Part shown: one piece after another, positions 27,392-32,000 of the stretch | Layout: each line of letters opens with the position of its first letter | How positions within the stretch are numbered: position 1 is the stretch's first letter | DNA from: Trichodesmium erythraeum IMS101 | GTDB taxonomy: Bacteria; Cyanobacteriota; Cyanobacteriia; Cyanobacteriales; Microcoleaceae | Direction: 5' to 3' | Assembly: GCF_000014265.1 (NCBI RefSeq) | Contig: NC_008312.1 | Span: forward strand, 6,870,001-6,902,000 | DNA: 32,000 nt | Notes under the pieces: generated by a model | Told to the model about the DNA's origin: nothing | Seen by the model: the letters and a program-made list of their open reading frames with translations, nothing else | Databases searched by the model: none | Made by a program: the position numbers and the translations under genes

Positions 27392-30367
27392 CTAAGCATT
27401 TTTATCTTGCTCGTAGTCAAGATTAAATAAAGTATTAATTAACCATTCTCGAAAACTTTTATTACCTGTAAATTGACGATATTCTTCTATATGTTCACGG
27501 GTAGAACGCCGTAATTCTTGATTGAATTTATTTTCAAAGGTAAGTTTGGCATTTTGCGGATCGCTATAATTTATAGCATTTTTATACTCCCCATTTCCTC
27601 TGACTTTTTCTGGCAACTCCTCTAATAAAAATTTCCATGCCCTACCCTCATTTTGCCAAACAATATTACCACCGAAGCGGTTATTAAATTCTTCGATTAT
27701 TTGACTAACTTTATCTGACCTACTTTGAGAATTTCCACTAACAATATTCTTGGCAATGGGAGATAGGGTATTTTCTCCACTTAAATTAATACTTTGACTA
27801 GCTAGAAGCTCTACTCGATAACTCTCAATATCCACACTATTAATAATTCCTGCCGATAAATCAGAATTATCTAATTGTGGCAGTTTATTAACTAACAATT
27901 TCAGAAAACTATTTAAACTCTCCCAATTGGAATTTTTAAAACTTTTTACTTGCACCAAAAATTGATAATTTTTCACAAAACTCCTGGCTTTACTTTTAAA
28001 CTCTATTTTTTCCTCCTCTAGCAAATCACAATTATATTTTTCCACACAAATATCTAAAATTGACTCCCAATTTTCCCGTGACTCACAATTCAAAAAAAGC
28101 TTCATAAATTTCTCTACATTTTCTTGAGAATAAATCTGAAAACTTGCTAAACTATCCTCTAAATCATAGAGGCGATCGCTATCTGTTTCTTCACTCAAAA
28201 TAGTTGTTTTATAATAAGGTTCAAAAGCTCTCTGAATTTCATCAGCAGAATTAACAAAATCTAAAACAAAAGTATCTGTTTTTCCCTCACAAGAACGGTT
28301 TAACCTAGACAAAGTTTGTACTGCTTTCACATCAGATAAAACTTTATCCACATACATAGTATGTAACAACGGTTCATCAAAACCAGTTTGATACTTATTA
28401 GCCACAATTAAAAACCTATATTTACTATCATTAAATTTTTCTGTAATCTTACTACTAGAAAATCCATTCATAGAAGACTCATTTTCCTTTTTGCCGTCTA
28501 TTTCTTTACTTCCAGAAAAAGCAACAATAGTCTGATAATCAGATTTTTTTTCTCTCAAATATTTATCAAAAGCTTTTTTATAATAAATCGCACTTTTAAT
28601 ACTATTACTAACGACCATAGCCTTAGCTTTTCCATTAATTTTTCCCTGAGCAATTACCTTTGATAAAAAATGCTCAATCATCACTTCTGACTTTTTGCGG
28701 ATACTCTCTTGATCCTCTTCTACATATTGTTTTAACTTCTTTTTTGCTTGTTTACTATCAAATTCAGGGTCGTCTATAACTTTCTTCTCTAATCGACAAT
28801 AGGTTTTGTAGGTCGTATAATGCTGCAAAACATTCAGAATAAATCCTTCTTCAATTGCCTGCTTCATGGAATAACTATGGAACGGATAAAATTTTCCATC
28901 TTCTGGATTTTTGACACCAAATAACTCTAAAGTTTTATTCTTTGGCGTGGCAGTAAATGCATAATAATTAGCATTTGGGCAAAGTTTTTGTGACTCAATA
29001 ATTCGGATTATTTTATCCTCTGTGGTTTCTTCTACTTCCGAATCTTTTTTGCTCAAAGATTCACTCATGCTGGCTGCACTTTTGCCAGTTTGACTCGAAT
29101 GTGCTTCGTCGATAATAATGGCAAACTTGTGATCGGATAAAGATTGAATTTCTTTGACAACATATGGAAATTTTTGCACTGTTGTAATAATAATTTTCCG
29201 TTTGTTTTCCAAGGCTGATTTTAATTTTTTGCTGTTTTTGGTTGCTTCTACGACTTTGTCTTCTTGAGCGAATTGTTGAATATTTTCCCTAATTTGTTTA
29301 TCTAAAATTTTGCGGTCTGTCACGACTAAAACTGAATCAAAAATATTTTCTTTCTCGGTAATATTTTTCAGTTCTACGAGTTGATGACTCAGCCAGGTTA
29401 TAGAATTACTTTTGCCGGAACCTGCAGAATGTTGGATTAAGTAGCGGTTGCCGACTCCATGTTTTTTTGCACTTGTTAAAAGTTGCTTGACTAGGTCGAG
29501 TTGATGGTAGCGGGGGAAGATTAGTTTTAGCTTTTTGACTGTTTTTTTGTCTTTGTCTTTATCTTCTTCTTTTTCTATCAGTTGGGCGTAATGTTCGATG
29601 ATGTTTCCGAGACTTTCTATGGTTAAAATTTCTTTCCACAAATAATCTGTTTTGATGTGGTTGGGGTTGGGAGGGTTCCCTGCTGTATCCGGAAAAGGTA
29701 GATCAGGATTTGATTTTTTGCCTTTGTTGAATGGTATGAATTCTGTATTTTTGCCGTTGAGTTTTGTTGTCATCCAAACTTCATCGGCGTCGAGGGCAAA
29801 ATGTACTAGGCAACGTTTGAATTGAAATAATAATTCTCTGGGGCGTCGGTCATTTTTATATTGGTTTATGGCGTCTCGAAAGTTTTGTTTGGTTAGTTGG
29901 TTTTTTAGCTCGAAGGTAATAACTGGTAAACCGTTTATAAAAATTACTAAGTCGAGGGAGAAGTTACGGTTTTCTTTGTATTTTAGTTGGCGAGTGACTG
30001 AAAAAACGTTTTCTTGGAAATTTTCGATAGTGTCGGGGTTGAGTTGGGAAGTGGGAAGTTTATAGTAAAGTTCGAGGTGGGTTTCTCCAGTTTTGATACC
30101 TTGACGTAATATATTGACTATACTTTTCTCTTCTATTTGGTGGTGGAGGCGTTCATAAAGTTTTTTCTCCCAGTTGGCGCCGTGGTAGTTAGAAATTTCT
30201 GTTAATTTTTCAGGTTGGGTGTTTTGGAGAAACTGGAAAAGTTTCTCAGTGTCGATACAGTAGGTTTGGTCGTAGTCTTTGGGGTTACCTTCTAAATATT
30301 GGCAGTCGTCGATGAGACTTTGATAGATAATATTTTCGAGACCTTTTTCAGTAATATCGGAAGCCAT
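27392..30367 (-). CDS. hsdR: Type I restriction endonuclease R subunit (HsdR), apparently intact
   Basis: The 991-aa product has an N-terminal PD-(D/E)xK nuclease region (LDLVIFINGLPVITFELK). SF2 motor motifs are HSAGSGKSNS (Walker A), IIIDEAHSSQ (DEAH), FTATP and YQTGFDEP. Confidence 0.85.
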   Translation of the reverse strand: MASDITEKGLENIIYQSLIDDCQYLEGNPKDYDQTYCIDTEKLFQFLQNTQPEKLTEISNYHGANWEKKLYERLHHQIEEKSIVNILRQGIKTGETHLELYYKLPTSQLNPDTIENFQENVFSVTRQLKYKENRNFSLDLVIFINGLPVITFELKNQLTKQNFRDAINQYKNDRRPRELLFQFKRCLVHFALDADEVWMTTKLNGKNTEFIPFNKGKKSNPDLPFPDTAGNPPNPNHIKTDYLWKEILTIESLGNIIEHYAQLIEKEEDKDKDKKTVKKLKLIFPRYHQLDLVKQLLTSAKKHGVGNRYLIQHSAGSGKSNSITWLSHQLVELKNITEKENIFDSVLVVTDRKILDKQIRENIQQFAQEDKVVEATKNSKKLKSALENKRKIIITTVQKFPYVVKEIQSLSDHKFAIIIDEAHSSQTGKSAASMSESLSKKDSEVEETTEDKIIRIIESQKLCPNANYYAFTATPKNKTLELFGVKNPEDGKFYPFHSYSMKQAIEEGFILNVLQHYTTYKTYCRLEKKVIDDPEFDSKQAKKKLKQYVEEDQESIRKKSEVMIEHFLSKVIAQGKINGKAKAMVVSNSIKSAIYYKKAFDKYLREKKSDYQTIVAFSGSKEIDGKKENESSMNGFSSSKITEKFNDSKYRFLIVANKYQTGFDEPLLHTMYVDKVLSDVKAVQTLSRLNRSCEGKTDTFVLDFVNSADEIQRAFEPYYKTTILSEETDSDRLYDLEDSLASFQIYSQENVEKFMKLFLNCESRENWESILDICVEKYNCDLLEEEKIEFKSKARSFVKNYQFLVQVKSFKNSNWESLNSFLKLLVNKLPQLDNSDLSAGIINSVDIESYRVELLASQSINLSGENTLSPIAKNIVSGNSQSRSDKVSQIIEEFNNRFGGNIVWQNEGRAWKFLLEELPEKVRGNGEYKNAINYSDPQNAKLTFENKFNQELRRSTREHIEEYRQFTGNKSFREWLINTLFNLDYEQDKNA

Positions 30368-30370
30368 TTG

Positions 30371-30410
30371 GGTTATTAGTTATCAGTTATAAGTTATAAG
30401 TTATCAGTTT
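30371..30410. repeat. About 5.5 tandem heptamers (GGTTATT AGTTATC AGTTATA AGTTATA AGTTATC AGTTTT) between the hsdR start codon and the 104-bp array
   Basis: Read directly. The run begins 4 nt upstream of the hsdR ATG (complement of 30365-30367). Confidence 0.8.
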
Positions 30411-30412
30411 TG

Positions 30413-32000
30413 GCAAAGTCGGAAAATTCAGCACATATATATATAGATATGACTGGGAAAATTTTGGGAAAAATATCGGTTAGCTTCAGCCATGAAACCC
30501 AAAGGATAGGAATTTTGCAAAGTCGGAAAATTTAGCACATATATATATAGATATGACTGGGAAAAATTTGGGAAAAATATCGGTTAGCTTCAGCCATGAA
30601 ACCTAAACGATAGGAATTTGGCAAAGTCGGAAAATTTAGCACACATATATATAGGTATGACTAGGAAAATTTTGGGAAAAATATCGGTTAGCTTCAGCCA
30701 TGAAACCCAAAGGATAGGAATTTTGCAAAGTGGGAAAATTTAGCACACATATATATAGATATGACTGGGAAAAATTTGGGAAAAATATCGGTTAGCTTCA
30801 GCCATGAAACCTAAAGGATAGGAATTTTGCAAAGTGGGAAAATTCAGCACATATATATATAGATATGACTGGGAAAAATTTGGGAAAAATATCGGTTAGC
30901 TTCAGCCACGAAACCCAAAGGATAGGAATTTTGCAAAGTGGGAAAATTCAGCACACATATATATAGATATGACTGGGAAAATTTTGGGAAAAATATCGGT
31001 TAGCTTCAGCCATGAAACCCAAAGGATAGGAATTTGGCAAAGTGGGAAAATTCAGCACATATATATATAGATATGACTGGGAAAATTTTGGGAAAAATAT
31101 CGGTTAGCTTCAGTCATGAAACCTAAATGATAGGAATTTTGCAAAGTCGGAAAATTCAGCACATATATATATAGATATGACTGGGAAAAATTTGGGAAAA
31201 ATATCGGTTAGCTTCAGCCATGAAACCCAAAGGATAGGAATTTGGCAAAGTCGGAAAATTTAGCACACATATATATAGATATGACTGGGAAAAATTTGGG
31301 AAAAATATCGGTTAGCTTCAGCCATGAAACCTAAACGATAGGAATTTGGCAAAGTCGGAAAATTTAGCACATATATATATAGATATGACTGGGAAAATTT
31401 TGGGAAAAATATCGGTTAGCTTCAGCCATGAAACCTAAATGATAGGAATTTTGCAAAGTGGGAAAATTCAGCACATATATATATAGATATGACTGAGAAA
31501 ATTTTGGGAAAAATATCGGTTAGCTTCAGCCATGAAACCCAAACGATAGGAATTTTGCAAAGTCGGAAAATTTAGCACACATATATATAGATATGACTGG
31601 GAAAATTTTGGGAAAAATATCGGTTAGCTTCAGCCATGAAACCTAAATGATAGGAATTTTGCAAAGTGGGAAAATTCAGCACATATATATATAGATATGA
31701 CTGAGAAAATTTTGGGAAAAATATCGGTTAGCTTCAGCCATGAAACCCAAAGGATAGGAATTTTGCAAAGTGGGAAAATTCAGCACATATATATATAGAT
31801 ATGACTGGGAAAATTTTGGGAAAAATATCGGTTAGCTTCAGCCATGAAACCTAAATGATAGGAATTTTGCAAAGTGGGAAAATTCAGCACATATATATAT
31901 AGATATGACTGGGAAAAATTTGGGAAAAATATCGGTTAGCTTCAGCCATGAAACCCAAACGATAGGAATTTTTCAAAAGTGGAAAATTCAGCACATATAT
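30413..32000. repeat. Tandem array of a 104-bp unit, 15 full copies plus a 16th cut by the window end
   Basis: Unit starts (GCAAAGT) fall at 30413, 30517, 30621, 30725, 30829, 30933, 31037, 31141, 31245, 31349, 31453, 31557, 31661, 31765 and 31869. A variant start lies at 31973. The period is exactly 104 bp throughout. Confidence 0.95.

Noticed and set aside
30413-32000. Could the 104-bp array be a CRISPR array?
   Set aside because: There are no unique spacers. The entire 104-bp unit is repeated, with differences only at a few shared polymorphic sites. No cas genes are in the window, and the unit is far longer than a CRISPR repeat.
30413-32000. Diversity-generating retroelement or adenine-directed mutagenesis as the source of the repeat polymorphisms
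   Set aside because: The variable sites are C/G, C/T, T/C, T/A and G/C/T, so they are not adenine-specific. No reverse transcriptase gene is present in the window.
1-32000. tRNA, rRNA, tmRNA, transposase, integrase or prophage genes
   Set aside because: I scanned for tRNA T-arm-like GGTTCGA/GTTCAA contexts and for long GC-rich structured segments and found none. No ORF translation resembles a transposase, integrase or phage protein.

Overview
This is an AT-rich chromosomal segment, roughly mid-30s % GC by eye, from a cyanobacterium. The assignment rests on 11 copies of the HIP1 octamer GCGATCGC, chlM, SLH-domain porins and heptamer STRR-like repeats. The combination of bluB, phoX and unusually long spacers is reminiscent of Trichodesmium-like filamentous marine taxa, but that is only a guess.

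Sixteen credible protein genes cover about 70% of the window. In order they are:
- MscS channel (5'-partial)
- YjbQ
- PQQ-dependent sugar dehydrogenase
- SOUL heme-binding protein
- a 1247-aa TPR-CHAT protease-like protein
- BluB
- RibBA
- a TIGR03643/DUF2805 protein
- PhoX
- two tandem SLH/OprB porin paralogs
- a zinc-ribbon Ser/Thr kinase with WD40 repeats
- a DUF423 protein
- ChlM
- a GluR0-type ligand-gated K+ channel
- a solitary type I restriction R subunit (HsdR)

I found no rRNA, tRNA, CRISPR array, transposase or prophage gene.

The unexplained structure is concentrated at the right end, around hsdR.
- **Upstream of hsdR:** an indel-free 104-bp tandem array of at least 15 copies runs off the window. 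Each unit has promoter-like and small-RNA-like features, so it may be a multicopy sRNA array.
- **Downstream of hsdR:** about 680 bp consists of four to five decayed tandem copies of the gene's own 3' end.

Other points of interest:
- Ten near-identical 138-bp repeats lie inside the CHAT gene, with variation focused on a few codons.
- A MITE-like inverted-repeat element and a partial second copy bracket the DUF2805 gene.
- bluB and ribBA are divergently arranged.
- phoX and two porin genes form a co-oriented cluster.
- Heptamer repeats sit exactly at gene boundaries.
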